A stretch of DNA of 64,000 nt from Chrysomallon squamiferum (GCA_012295275.1 CM022670.1:41478001-41542000), one strand, 5' to 3'. Numbered from the stretch's first letter, positions 38,886 through 54,270 are shown. Numbers and translations are program-made. Notes: a model not told the origin generated them from the sequence alone.

Positions 38886-39744
38886 ATTAGTCTGTTCTGC
38901 TTAATCTAGTATTCAGTTTTGAAATATACGTTATTGATATGACAGAAATGGTTTAATAACGTTAAATACAATGTAATTGTTATTTTCCAGCTATACAAAA
39001 ACGTGTTTGAAATACAACAGGTATACTAATGTTACTGACACTTGGGTTACCTTTGAAAATGAAATGCTAGAGAGTTACGTGTGGAATTACTGTATTTCTT
39101 GGAAGAAAACGAATTTAAAAAAACAACATTAACCCAGTATCATGTTTAAAAAATATACAAATGGCAAAACCTAAAGAGAATTCAAGTTTGGAAAGAATCT
39201 TAAAAGAAAAAGATAAAATAATTTAGTTATATGAAAAGGTTAAAAAGATATTCTTCAGCAAGGTGACCTTAGTAAAGAACTTTACGAAAAAGCAGCTCAT
39301 AGAAAGAAGACTATTTGCAAGAATCGGAAATCTTCAAGTTTAAAATTATTATTACAAGAAGCCAACTTCAATTATTAGCTGACGAGGTTAAAAAGAATGT
39401 TCCAGAAAAAAGTTTGCAAAAGATAGTTAGCATAGTTCAATATGTAAACGTTCTTATATATATATATATATATATGTGTGTGTATTGCATTTTTATTTTT
39501 TTATTTTTTTCTAACGCGGAAATGTCAGCCGGTGTTTTTGACGTGTACTGACTTACCCAGGACAGTGATCTATCAATCTGTGATGTCCTCAAACACGTGA
39601 GACTTTGCATAATTTTACATACTAAATCTGGACCAACAGCTATCTCTATCTGACAAAAAATTAATTTTCTGCAATTCATTACGTTTTTATTATTCAGCTT
39701 AAATGTCAGATGTGGGGATGCGTGCTTGTGTTTTGCGCGCGCGT

Positions 39745-39750
<6 letters not shown>

Positions 39751-39811
<61 letters not shown>
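39751..39811. repeat. (GT)n microsatellite (similar tracts at ~9257, 19636, 41797, 52978, 63259)
   Basis: Direct reading. Confidence 0.95.
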
Positions 39812-39812
<1 letters not shown>

Positions 39813-41795
39813 TGTAATGCTGTCCATCATTATAAGATGTTGCCAAAAGAACCTACACAAAGCCGTTATTTTTATTTCCAGTTTGTCGATAAACACGGCG
39901 CGCTCTTTCAATTTGCATTGTTTGATTAACGTCAATCAGCGCCGTGTTTTCCTAATTACCATGCTCAGATAAACACAAACAACACATACACGTTTAAAGA
40001 GGAAAATTTTCAAAGAAAGTTAAACGAGTTCAAAATGTGTTTATTTGAACGGAGCCGGCTATGCAGAACGAATGCGTGACGTCGATGAATAATTAGAACA
40101 AGAAGCACGGTGACAGCACTCACAGCCCCCTCTGGCTATGAAAGCTCTTTAAAACTTTTCAAAAGAAAGCGTTTCCATGTTTCAAGTTTAAACATGAATT
40201 ATTAATCGGTCTTTGAAGTCGCTGATCCACTGAATAAAGTAATTTATATCTCTTTTTGAGATTTGTAATTTTTTTTTTTTTTTATATAAAAAAAATTCTG
40301 CAGCCGTTAGCTTTTAAAATAACTCCTTATAAAAAGAATGCAGTGTTTGTAAAATTATTAATGTCGGCGATTCTGATTTAGTATTGTTTTCGTAATAACT
40401 TCAAAGGACATAAAATCCGTATTTTTATTTCTCCACGTTTGGATGAAAGACCATTAAGAGTTTGTGAAGTTCGCTCGTTTCCATAGTAATCGATGGCGAT
40501 ACAGTCTATGACGTCATGTTCGATCAGATTGGTCAGAATGTGTAATAATATTAGTGTATTATTAGCTAACTGGGGAGACAAGAAATTTAATAACTAATTT
40601 ATATGACTTGATTCGTTTATTGTTCACGATCAATAAAATAAAGAAATCAAAAGAAAGCCTATAAAATAAAATTTTAGTTTTGATTTATTTTGAACACATT
40701 TTAAAAAATAAAATAAACTAATTACTAAAATAAAATTAAAAAATAGACTGTTGTGAAGAAAGAGACTGAAATTACGTCATGATGACGTAAAATAATTATT
40801 TCTATTAGTGACAATGTCGGTTAGGGTCCCCTTACGTAAGTACGTAGGTAATTTGATACGCAGATCCATAAATGCGTTTTAAAATCAACTTTGTAATTTG
40901 CTATAATTAAGAAACATTTTTAGATTCGTTTATGCTAACTAAATTTTAACAACAACAAGAATAGTTGTTTTTTGGTGTGGGTTTTTTTAAGTTGCTTGTG
41001 AATAACGACTTCAGCAATTGCTAATGGTTTTTTCAATAGCAACTTTTTTCTTGTTTTCTATTAATAATACATCATAATGAAATTATTATACTCGGGAATT
41101 AAAAACAATTTTTTTTTTTTCAAATTCCTACATCCAGTTAAAATGAAGACGCCCAATTTTTGTCAATAAGCTTATTTTTATTTTATTTTTTTTAATATTA
41201 TTATTTTTATTTTATTTTTATTTTTCCCTGTTATTCATGCTGTCACAAAAGCTGAGTTAAAATGGCTGTTTGAATCAAATTCCACAGGATATTAAAACGT
41301 ATTTATTCTCAAATATTAAAACCTGATGACGATATAGGTAGCAGTGCTGTATTTTAGTCCCAGGTAAACAGGTTTAAACAGAATCATGACCATCTGAATA
41401 GAAATAATATCTTTTCACTAAGTCCTTTCAACTTTAGGCAAATACTAACAACCGGGCTTAAAATTAGTTTCTTTCAAAACTTGCCCATTGTGTTTTATGT
41501 TATTTTCACAATGCTTTTGAAGCGTTGCTTTCTGTCACTCACTGGTTTAGAATTTATTTTTTAGGATTAACGTCAATAAAATGACCATGTCGGTTTTAAT
41601 GTGTAAAACTTTCACAGACAAACTATAAAGCTCTAAACTATAAAAAAAAAAAAAATCGGCGAGTATAAAAGATAACCCTTCACCGTAATGTCCGTGGGGG
41701 ATTACATTCTATCAGTTTAAAAGCACAACTCAAAATTTAAGGTAATAATATAAAAGATTAGAATTCCTTCGATATATACATATACATATATGTAG

Positions 41796-41860
<65 letters not shown>

Positions 41861-43005
41861 AAATAGAAAACGAAACCCAAATCCACTGTCTAGTATAGAA
41901 AAATAAAAATATAAGTTTCTTCATCCTAACCCAGGATCCCTACAAACAATTGTGTTATTAATTATAAAGAAGAGACCTCAACTTCAGTGTTATTTTTAAC
42001 TAGGAAGCTACACGTATAAAGGATGCCCCTTCCCCAACCCCTGACACACCCTACAGAACAGCTGACTGGGTGGACGTGTTTACAGCGAAGCTTACTGGAA
42101 CAGGGTGAAGAAAGAAAGAAGAAAAAAGCTTTTTAAAAATTTTATTTGAATTTTAAGAATGCCTTGAAGAGACAGACAACTGGCAGTGTTTCAGAGATGA
42201 AAGGCGAAAAAGGCGTGTTCATGTTTTGTTTTCTTTGAAAAATGAAAATATAAAAATTATAAAAAAATAAATAAAAAAATAAAAATATTTTTTTTAAAAA
42301 GCCACCACTCCCTTTGACCGCGCCCCAGGTCGCAACCCGCTTTAACCCCTCGTTAAATAAACACGTGAGAACCTTCCCAAAATGAGAACTCTTTAGTGTT
42401 TTTCTTTATTTATTAAAAAAAAAGAAGAAGAAGAAAAAAAAAGAAAAAGTGACGCCTATGAAAAGTTCACTTTTTCAAATTTCACACCGAGCATGATTCA
42501 AACAATAAAGAAAAAAAAAAAAAAAAAAAAAAACTGTTTGATCGTGTGAACCACGTACTTGTAGATAACTAAATAGATATTACATCTGCCAGATGCCATA
42601 TTAAATTTCACGTATATATAAAAAGTAATATACGTTTGACATTTGAAAGAAATAACTGTCCGACTTATCCCAGTGACCACTAAATTTAAGGAGTGGTCAA
42701 AACTGTTGTTTTAGGAAAACAGTTTGATTTATATCACGTATCAAGTTGGGTGACGTGACGCCTGGAAATGCGTGCGAAATAACGTGACAGATTAACAACA
42801 GACAGGTCGTAAACAACACGATGAACTTTACAACAACAACAACAAAATACATAAATGAATTAAATTTCTTTAATATCATAAATCAAATTAATGTGTTATT
42901 TTGTGTCAGATAAACGAGAACACACAGAGACACATACAGAAACACGGAAACAGACATAAATATATATATATATATATATACAAACACACATACGGACACA
43001 TGCAC

Positions 43006-43084
<79 letters not shown>
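43006..43084. repeat. (AAT)15 directly followed by (ATT)11: palindromic microsatellite
   Basis: Centre of symmetry at 43050/43051. Confidence 0.95.
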
Positions 43085-43085
<1 letters not shown>

Positions 43086-43306
43086 AAATTGTGTTTTGTT
43101 TGGCAAGGGAGTTATTTTGTTGTTGTTTTGTTGGGGTTTTTTAATTGTGAACGTGATAAGATAGTCGTATTATTAATAATAAGCACAACAACAACAACAA
43201 CAACAACAACGATTAATTTTTCTCCTGACCAAACCCCGCCCCACAAAACCAACGTCCATAAAGTATTTTTACAAATAATTAAAATATTTTCGTTTCTTGT
43301 TTTTCG

Positions 43307-43386
<80 letters not shown>

Positions 43387-44461
43387 TTCTAGGCAGTTCG
43401 TTCCATCATGTCTGCGAAACTGATTCCTGCTCGGGAAACATATCACGCGCATCTTTTGTTTTCAAATTAACGTTTCTGCGCTACACTGTTACAAGTGAAG
43501 AATTTCACGGCGAAGAGCAAAACTTGTAAAACAATAAAACACGTGTTACCAGATGGGCAGAAACGAGATAATCATTGACTTTGACCTTTGAACATTTGCT
43601 TAAAATTCATTGGTTAAAAACCATTGCCTGATACGTGATAGGTCGCAGGGTCACTCCGTGTCGTTTCTCTCCCCCCACCCCACCGGCGCTATCTGGTATT
43701 AATTCCTATAAAAGATCAGGGTACGTGCTCTCCTGTTCAAGAGAGGGTGAATTTGACATCGACTTTTGCTAAATGAGTAGACCAATGAATAGAGGATTTC
43801 TTATGATATAATCATAAAGAAAAATAAGGTGTCTGATAGTCATAAGTGTTCATTTTAAAATATATTCTTTTTCCTTTCCTATTTTAATATATTATTATTT
43901 AATTCATTATTAATTTTATTATTATTATTTTCTTTACTATTATTATTATTTGTTTATTATTTATTATCTCTTTGTCTCCCAATCTATCTATCTATCTATT
44001 TATATGTGTGTATGTATATATATCTATCTAATCTATATATCTACCACTAAAGTAAATAAATAAAAGATAGATACATTTTTATATATTAAAATGGTTGAAT
44101 AATATTCTTTGCTGCAAATGAAAAATAATAATATTAATTTCAGAGGAATTTCCTTGAAAAAAAAAATATATATTTTTTTTTAAATCTATTTTTACGATTT
44201 CTCCTACTTTCCATACATATCAGAGATATACATTTAATTTTTCTTTTCTAATTTAATTTTTCAACATATTTCTGTGTGGTCGGTCACGTTTGAGGAGATA
44301 AACGGAGAACAAAACTTTCTTCATAAAATATTCAAACCTTCCTGAGATGACGTCGTAGATTCACGGATGATGTAGTCGTCATTTAAAGAATGAAACAAAT
44401 AAGGCGAACCCCGTGAATAAATGAATGAATAAAAACATTTGTTTTACTACCTTCAGCACAT

Positions 44462-44525
<64 letters not shown>

Positions 44526-44682
44526 TGTGACAAGTTTGAAATATCAGTTTTGGGAATAATGATTTTTTAGAGAGGAAACCGGCTGTTTATGTTCGCATAA
44601 CTATCATTATCAGTAATATATAACTGTTTGTGTGCACAACCTACTGACTTCCTGAGTTTTAAATCGATCGACCTATTAAATA

Positions 44683-44717
<35 letters not shown>

Positions 44718-45272
44718 CCTTTAGAAAATAAATTATAAAAATACTTTCAAAAATGATAATTTAACAATTATACATATTGTTAATCTTTATTTTTTAACAT
44801 TTTATCTTCGCTTAAAATCAAAATAATTTTTCTATAGACCATGAAAATAAATAAATAAATAAAATACGCAAACGCACACAAAAGAATAAAAAGAGAGAGC
44901 GATCAAAACAACACAGTTAATAAGAAGCAGAAGAAAAAGAATAATAATAAATAAATAAGCCAGAAAGAAAAATTAATGAACGAATAAATCAGAAAAAAGA
45001 GAGTAAACCTTTATTTATGCAGTATGTCTGTACTTGAAACATCATTAATACAAGCACTAAGTAGACAGACAGACAGACAGATTTACTATATTTACATTTA
45101 GTTTTCAGAAGACTGATGGTTTTGCGGTAGTCAATTTATATTGGCTGAAGCAACAGCAACAATTTTATTTATTTATTGCAACACTTTAATACATTTATTC
45201 AGTATTAAACAGAAAAATAAATAAATTAATAATGAAAATGAAAATGAAAAAATAATGTTGAAGACAAAAACA

Positions 45273-45315
<43 letters not shown>

Positions 45316-46241
45316 CAACAATTAATACTATTGTTCAACGGAAAAAGAATAGTAAAAAGATATTAAATGAAATCAAAGGAAGAATTAAACTGACAACGTT
45401 GGCTGGGACATCTTGAAGAAAATAGCGATACAGAGATGACAAGGGAGAAAGTTCAAGTCTATAAATTAACGTGGACATCTCTATTGAGAAGTTTTGTTCA
45501 ACGAGTGACGGGAGACGGCTTAACTTTAGTCAGCGACAGACGTACAAGTCAAATATGCATGATTAATTTATAGCTCACAGCTTCATTCCCCTCCCAGCGA
45601 TCAATACATATTATGAATTTCGACATCACTTTGTTAAAAAGCGCCACATTCTGTCATGGCGGGTGAACGAGGGCCAGAAGACGTCGTTTGAAGATTACCC
45701 ACAACGACAGCGTGTTCCGATTTGAAATTTACATTCTTACCACTCGGCTGTCAATCACTGGCACATGTCAAGTGGACATGCGCAGATTGATTGTAGCCAC
45801 GAGCGATCGGCAAGACGACTGGGTGAGGAGCAGACGCAATGGCGTACTTTTAAAACATTTATATACCGCTTACATCTTCAACAAAAAGCGTTTTATTATT
45901 TAAATTATTTCTAATGCATTACTTCTATTTTGTATGTTTTTATTTATTTTAACTTTTTTATTATTATTTTTTTAAAGCATTTTAAAAAGAATGTTAAGTT
46001 AAGGCAAACTATTTTTAAAAAATTTATAAAGCAACGAGAAAACTAGAAACATCAGCAACATCAACAACAGCAATAACGACAACAATAATAATAAAACACA
46101 AACGTGATGATTAAACTGTTTTTATGAGTAAAATTATTCTTAAACTGGAAATAATCTGATCGGATAAACCATAAATTAATATCATTTATAAAACATTGCG
46201 TACTCTTCAAACTACACGAACATTTTCGTTTAACGATATTC

Positions 46242-46243
<2 letters not shown>

Positions 46244-46313
<70 letters not shown>
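46244..46313. repeat. (GA)n microsatellite
   Basis: Direct reading. Confidence 0.97.
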
Positions 46314-46317
<4 letters not shown>

Positions 46318-46906
46318 AATCATTTATATACATAGAATTTTTATTTAGGATAAAATAATTTTTCAAACAAATTTTACGATTATTTATTTTCTATTTTTAA
46401 ATCAAAAGAAGACATAAAAACTGAACTGGTTTCAGTATGACATTTGAAACTAGTGGATTCGTTCCACTGAATTAGTGGAAAACATTTTACTGTATTAATT
46501 ACAGATGTGCAGTTTTAATTATTTTAATACATTTTATTTTAAAATTACATTCTGAGGTAAATAATTTTGATCTTTATAATTGATACTGGTTTTAAAACTT
46601 CGAACCTTCTGACATTTTTTTTTTTTTATATAAATAAATAAAAATTAGTAATACTATATTAAAATGTAAAATTTCTGTTTGAGATATTTAGTAACATTTT
46701 ACTGATCTGTTGCGTTATAATCAACAGGTGAAAATAGTTCCGTCTTTTTCTATACCTTTACTTTTAGAACAAAACGTTAATAAATAAATTTTATATTTCT
46801 TTACAAATACATAAAGTAAATAATTATTAATTAAATAAAATTACATAAAATAGAAGATAATAAATATGAAATGTTTTATTAAAATAAGTAAAAGATGAGT
46901 AAGTAT

Positions 46907-46959
<53 letters not shown>

Positions 46960-47410
46960 AATAGAATAGAATAGAATAGAATAAAGCAAAATTAAATAAA
47001 TAAAAATTAAAAATAAAAGATAAATAAATATTTAAACTGATATAAAGTAACTGAATAAATAAACAAACAAGATGACAAAGAAATGAAGAGAAAAAAGTTA
47101 ATCTGAAATATTTTTTTTATCCCAACTCCTAAAAGTGGAGCTGAGGAAGATGTAAATAAAGTAAGAGCTGAAACAAAAAGAAAATTAAGAAGAAAATCAA
47201 GATAAGGCGATCACAAGTACATGGTTAACTAAACAAATTAATGGAGGCCACGCCCTGCACGTGATTAACGTAATAACAAAGGTTACCTCTAATTGTCTTC
47301 TTATTACTTTCTGAAAATAATGGTCAAGTTTGCCGAACAGTTTCGATTTAAACTATTTTCTTTATTGATGTATCATAGTCTCCCTCGCCCTCTTTCTTTC
47401 TCTCTTTCTC

Positions 47411-47510
<100 letters not shown>

Positions 47511-47695
47511 GCACTCACATATATTCTACACACACACAGTCTTCAAAAATTAATATATATAATGAAAAGAATTTACAAAAGAAATTTTATTATTTCATTT
47601 ATCATTTTTTTATTTGTTGTTCTGTTATTTGTGTTTGTTTTGAAAACAAATGCTAGAAACAGTCGACTTTTTACTTTCTTCTTATGATTATATTA

Positions 47696-47761
<66 letters not shown>

Positions 47762-48687
47762 TATTATTATTATTATTATTATTATCATTATCATCATCAA
47801 AATATTTTTAGGGTACTGAGCGGAAATTAGTTATATTAAAATAGGGATTAATAATAGTATCAAAGCAACAACAGCAACAACCACGACGATAATGATGATG
47901 ATGAATAAAAAGAATAAATAGCTATATAAAACTTAAAAATTTAAACCACAAAATTTATACAAACAAGAAAATAAATGATAATATAAATAAACAAATAAAT
48001 AAATAACACAAAATCCAGTGACTATGTGATTGTTTAAAATTTAATTGTTAAATTTAATTACATTACTTTTTACTTTACCTTCATTTAGAAATTTTGTTTT
48101 CTTTCTTTCTAAAATTTCCTGTCCTATTTATTTGTATATAAATAAATTCATTTTCGATATTTATTTATTTATTTAATTTAATTTAATTTTATTTTATTTA
48201 ATTAATATTATATTTATTCTGATTATAAATTATCTATTTTAACAAAATTTGAATTTTTTTTTAAAATTATTTTCTTTTAAGCATTCAGCAGAAATTATAA
48301 AATGTTAAAATAGTTTTATTAGTAATTTTTTCTTCTTCTTTCCTTTTTGTATTATTATTATTATTATCATTATTATTATTATCATTATTATTATTATCAT
48401 TATTATTATTATTATTACTATTATTATTATTTCATTTCTTTTTTTATTATTATTTTATTATTATTATTATGGTGTGCCATTTTTTTATTTATTTGTTTAT
48501 TATTTTGCTTACAGAAGAACAACATAGAGACACGCATTTAAATTCGGTGGTTTAACATGGAAAACAATATTATAAAAATTCTGCGTTCGGTGACGACAAA
48601 ATTATTTGATTTATTCATTTGTTTTGAAGTATTACTATTATTGTTTATTAATTTTCAAATTTTTCATTTACAGATCGGTGTTAACTA

Positions 48688-48710
48688 TACACTCACACAC
48701 ACACACACAC

Positions 48711-48772
<62 letters not shown>

Positions 48773-48900
48773 TCACACACAAACACACACACTCACACAC
48801 ATACACAGACACACACATACACTCACACTTACACATACACACACACTCACACACACACACTCACACACGCACTCTCACACACAAACATACACACACACAT
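48688..48900. repeat. Compound (CA)n microsatellite
   Basis: Direct reading. Confidence 0.95.
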
Positions 48901-51442
48901 TGTTTTACCTTTAGATATTACGAATACCTATCAGTCGTCCAGTATAATAATATCTTTATAATCTTCATCAGCATCCATGGTAACATCTGTTACATCATAA
49001 TCATCAACATCCATCGCAATATCTTTTTTTCGAACATCATCAACATCCATAGCAACATATGTTTCAATTATCATCAGCAGGAATAGTCATTATAATCATA
49101 ACCAACATCTCTACAATCGTCATTAGATTTCGTTTATTCGGAATAAACGTACCTTTTGCTACAATGAATATAACTAACATGCACGAAACAAGAAAAAGAA
49201 AGAAAGAAAGAAAAAAAAAAAAAAGAAAAAAAGAAACAGAAATATTAATAATGTCCGCTGTCTTAATCATTATAACAACCGTCGTTATCAGTGACTACAA
49301 ACCATTGTCGATGACGTCATTAATTTATCATTTCTCTTATGACGTTATCTTAACGACTAATTATGGAATAATTAACGCTAACCACATGACAATCTACTTA
49401 TCTAAAGATCATAATCCGATCACCACCTACATTCTCCCTCCCGCCCCGACCCTGTGAACATCATAGGTTTCCCCCCTTTCTACAGTGACCAGATGTTTGA
49501 AAACAAAATCTTCCCTGTCTCTTTCCAACAAAGCTACCATTCTCAAATTAACAGTTGTTGTTACTAAACAGATTATACCCCCTCCCTCCCCCCCGGAGAT
49601 GTGCACCTGGACTGCAAGGGAGGCTATTAGAGGGTTTGTTCGGACTTGATGACCGATGCAAGTACACCGGCCCAACCCCGTCAAAGACATTTGTTATTAT
49701 TGATGCACAGAAAGCAAATATTAGTATTTAATTCGAGCTGTACGTACACCACTAATAGCAATATGAATTTCTGCTCTATTGGCATTTCTGAGTAATCGTA
49801 TTAGACACTAAAATTATGTTTTTATTAATTATATTTGAGAGACTTCTACCAGCGTTTAGTCGTCGTAATGACAGGTTTTGCCTACAACGCTGGATATTCG
49901 AGGGGCGGTGCCGCTCTAATCCAAGAAGCATTTAAAATGATAACGTAGACAGCGCTGATGTCGTCGAGTGCATCGCGATCAATGTCTAATCATTGTCCAC
50001 CAGTGCAAAATTAATCTAATTACAACCGACACACAACAAACCAAATTATAACGGGACTTATTAACATGACAAAAACATCAATCCTTTTTCGATTGAGACA
50101 AACAGCAGCTCTTAGCTTAAGAGGAAAAAAAAAAAGTAAAGCATAAAACAAATTGACAGATAAGATTTGTTTTGAATAATTTATATAAAATAAACACAGA
50201 AAGATAGGATGAACAGGCGAATAATAATCTTCAGTATAATTAATAATGTCTTTTAACTTTTTTATTTTTGTTTTTTATTTTTTTTTTTTTTTAAAGACTT
50301 TTACGATTGACTAGTTCTTTTCAACAACAAAAAAGAAGAAATTGTGAAAATAATAATTCTGAACTCATGAAAAATAAATTATGCAGTTTGGATTTAAGGA
50401 TCAGAAAACCAGTAATTTTATTTATTAATTTTCTTTCCTATTTGTTCATTTTATTTCAACAAGTTAGTACAGCGCGCCAGCATGAATGCAGTTTTTTTTT
50501 TTTTTTGTTGTAAAAAGATAAAAAAAAGAAAAAAGAAAAAAAGAGAAGAAATTTGAGGAAAAAAGAAGAAAAGTATCAAATAGTAACCAACAAACATACA
50601 CATTCACACATACGTATACACAGACGTATACTCACATAAATACACACACAAATACGTGCACAAACACACAGTGCAATATAACACACACACACACACACAC
50701 ACACACTCAAACACATTTTGTGGTATCGTCGTCAAAAAAACAGATATCATACGTTCGAGTCTCGTCAGCGGCATTTGACTTTGACTTAGTCCTCTTGTAT
50801 CCATGCGTATTGTGCAGTCTAATCAGACGTACATACATACATACATACACACATTCTAAGAGACAAACATGTATAAATACAGGCAATAAATAAGGCTTGA
50901 AGAGGAAAAAAAAAAACCAAGAACCTATACCCTGTCACGTGACCTGCACGCGCCGTCTTTACGCTACCTGGCATTTGCGGCAGACGACAGTTTGTGTAGA
51001 TGAATTTAAAGCAGAGGAAAACCGCGGGACGCACACCACTCCCCGCACGCGCCACGTTCGCTTCTGGCGTTTAGTTACAAGTACGTCACAACAGCGGGGG
51101 GCGCCCTGGTAACCCACGCCTCCCTATAAAGTGACACGATCTGCCCCGGAAAGCAGTGAAGCATGTTGGGAAATTTCTGTTTAAAAAAGAATACAACGAA
51201 ATATATATAGTTTTACTTGTCTTTTACATTATTTCAAAATTAATATCTATCTTATTTAGTATATATATAAATGCTTTTAATTATTGTTTTATTTTTTATT
51301 TATTTAGAAAGAAAGAAGCTAATTAATAAACTCAATTTTTTACTGAGAATGGAAAAAAGAAAAATAGAGTAAATGCAGAGTATATAAATAAAGAAATTAT
51401 TACGATGAGAAATACAACAATAATAATCATCTATCTACGTTA

Positions 51443-51475
<33 letters not shown>

Positions 51476-52084
51476 CATCATCATCATCTCCTTTTTCTTT
51501 TCTTTTTTCTTTTTCTTTTTTCTTTTTTCTTTAAAAACATTTTTTCAAGACAATTTCCTGTTTAATCCGTCTTCTGGAAACTGCAGACGTTCTCTTTCAT
51601 CCCTCCATCCTATTTCCCCTCCCCTGTCCACGTGACACCAGGCAGGTGATTATATCTTTAGCGAAGCATAAAATCAAATACTAAATTTATGTTTTTGTCT
51701 AAATGAAAAATTTCTTGTATTGATTACTCGAACGAAACTGACACTACTAATCTGGCGCCTAAGTCCTATAACCGATTTGCTTCAGCTTGTTATTTTCTTC
51801 TATCGGCGACACAATTTTTGCGCGGACGACTAAAATCTGCGGCAGTGATAAGCCGCGGCGCGCTTACCGGAGCGAGAGATTTGATTGGTCGACGTTACTT
51901 TCCTCGCGAGCCTTCATTGTATCAATGCACAGGACAGGCCCCCTATTACGTAACAGCCAATGACATAACTCGCCAGACAGGATCAGACACGTGGGTTTTC
52001 GCGCAATATCTTAATTTTATGTGGAGACCGTATATCGTTTAAATAATATTATACTGGATTTATTATTATTATTATTATTATTGG

Positions 52085-52129
<45 letters not shown>

Positions 52130-52157
52130 GGATTATTATTATTATTATTATAACTGG

Positions 52158-52204
<47 letters not shown>

Positions 52205-52670
52205 CATCATCATCATTATTTTTTTTTTTTTTCTTCTGAAAACTGAAACGATCCATTTCTCAAAGCTCTGCAATTTTCCATTGTAGTTTATGGACATATT
52301 TTATTATGTAATCTGTACATTACAATTGGATTTTTTTTTATTTTATTGAGAATAAACTCATTAACGAAGAGATAAGGCAATAAAAAAATAAAATAAAAAA
52401 ACAGAAACACGAGAAACATTTAAAACACGTTACAGGAAAAATATAAGAAACAATTAACGAATAAAAACCAGTAATGAAAAGAAAAAAAATAACGAGAAAG
52501 GTAAATTCATTTAAATGATGTAAGATTACAAAAATAGATTAATTAAAATAATGCAACAAAAAATATGCCTACATGCAAAATGCAAAATGAAAAAAATGAC
52601 ATATATATAAAACCTACAAGAAATAAACAAGAAAAATTAATAATAAAAAGAAGAAGAAGAAGAAGAAGAA

Positions 52671-52703
<33 letters not shown>

Positions 52704-52974
52704 CTTACAAAGAAACAAGAAACAAAGCAACAGCTACAGAAAATCAAACAGATGCTTTAACATGTAGCATAGCAAAATAAAAATAAAATTGACCTCTTGG
52801 AAATAGTTCTTAAATTGTTTTTATATTTAATTTTTCTTTAAAATTTTATTTCTTAAATTTTTCAGTAAAAGCACTGTGATATACTCCATATTACACACAC
52901 ACGCACACCCACACTCACCCCCCCAAACGAAACGCATAAATACACAGACACAAAGGCACCACAAGTACCACATG

Positions 52975-53025
<51 letters not shown>

Positions 53026-54075
53026 TATGTTTCTTTAAGAGTTTAAACAGTCTGAATAATTAAAAAATACATTTTTTTTTTTTATTATCTATAATGAAAG
53101 GGTAGCAATTTTTGTTGTCTTGTCCAAGAATATTTTATTTTTATTTTATTATTATTATTATTTTTTTTTACTATTACTCAGATTTTAATAATAATTATAA
53201 GAAATTAACAAACAGAAAAAAAAAAAAAAAAAAAAAAATTAAAAAGATCCATTTACTTAAATTAAAACCAGAATTAAAAACCGTCTTTCATATTTCGCCA
53301 CCGACCTTGGAGAAAAAAAAAAAAAAGAAAAATGAAATCGAACGTTTTATTTACTTAATTTCTTTAGCATTCTGATAAATTAAAAAGCAAACCAATATGG
53401 CGGCGAGTTCCGGTGTGTGGCGAATCGGACAAGACGTCATGTCTAGTTAATTTCTACTTTTCTTTAGCATTTCACAGATTTATCGGATGAGCGGCTCTCT
53501 TATTTATCTTTCCTTCATGTCGTCTCAAATAAAAATTTCCAATACTCTTAATCGATTTTTGAACAATTACTTTGTGCAAGGGCTTTTGTTGTGCTGTGTC
53601 GTTCGCCCCTTTCTGTCTTGTGTTTGTTGACAAAGCCCAGAAAAGCTGATTAAAATGACCAAGATTTTCACGGCGGAATTTGGATATTTCCAGATACTTC
53701 CAGAATACAAATTAGTTGCCTGACTCGGACTAATACCAGGACCGGTATTGTCTAGACATTACGGATATCTCAGAGGTCGGATAACACACAGAATAGTCGA
53801 AGTGAACGTATCATTGCAGGGTTGATGATTTAACCTATTTATTCTAACAGTAATGTAACTGAATTTATAACTGATATGAATTTTCTTATTGATTAATACA
53901 ATAAAATTAATTTTATTACCTTATTTTCTTTCTGATGGAACCGCCAGGAAGGCCTAATTCAAAGGGAAGGGATATGGACTCTTTATTGAGAATATCAAAA
54001 CTTCTTCCATTTTGTTTACAAGTGTCCATTTGCACGTGCAGCAAGATGAAAATGTTTATTTTCACGTACGAATAA

Positions 54076-54135
<60 letters not shown>

Positions 54136-54270
54136 GTTGTTGTTGTTGTTGTTTACAAGTAAATTTCAAGTTGACTGACCTCTCACCCATGTTGGAAAAA
54201 CACTTGAACCATCTATACAATGACCTGTTTTCCTAAAAATAAAACATAATAATAATAATAATAATAAAAC

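Noticed and set aside
49849-49893. Small hairpin CCAGCGTT...AACGCTGG as a possible pre-miRNA
   Set aside because: Only ~45 nt with ~11 paired bases; too short and poorly paired
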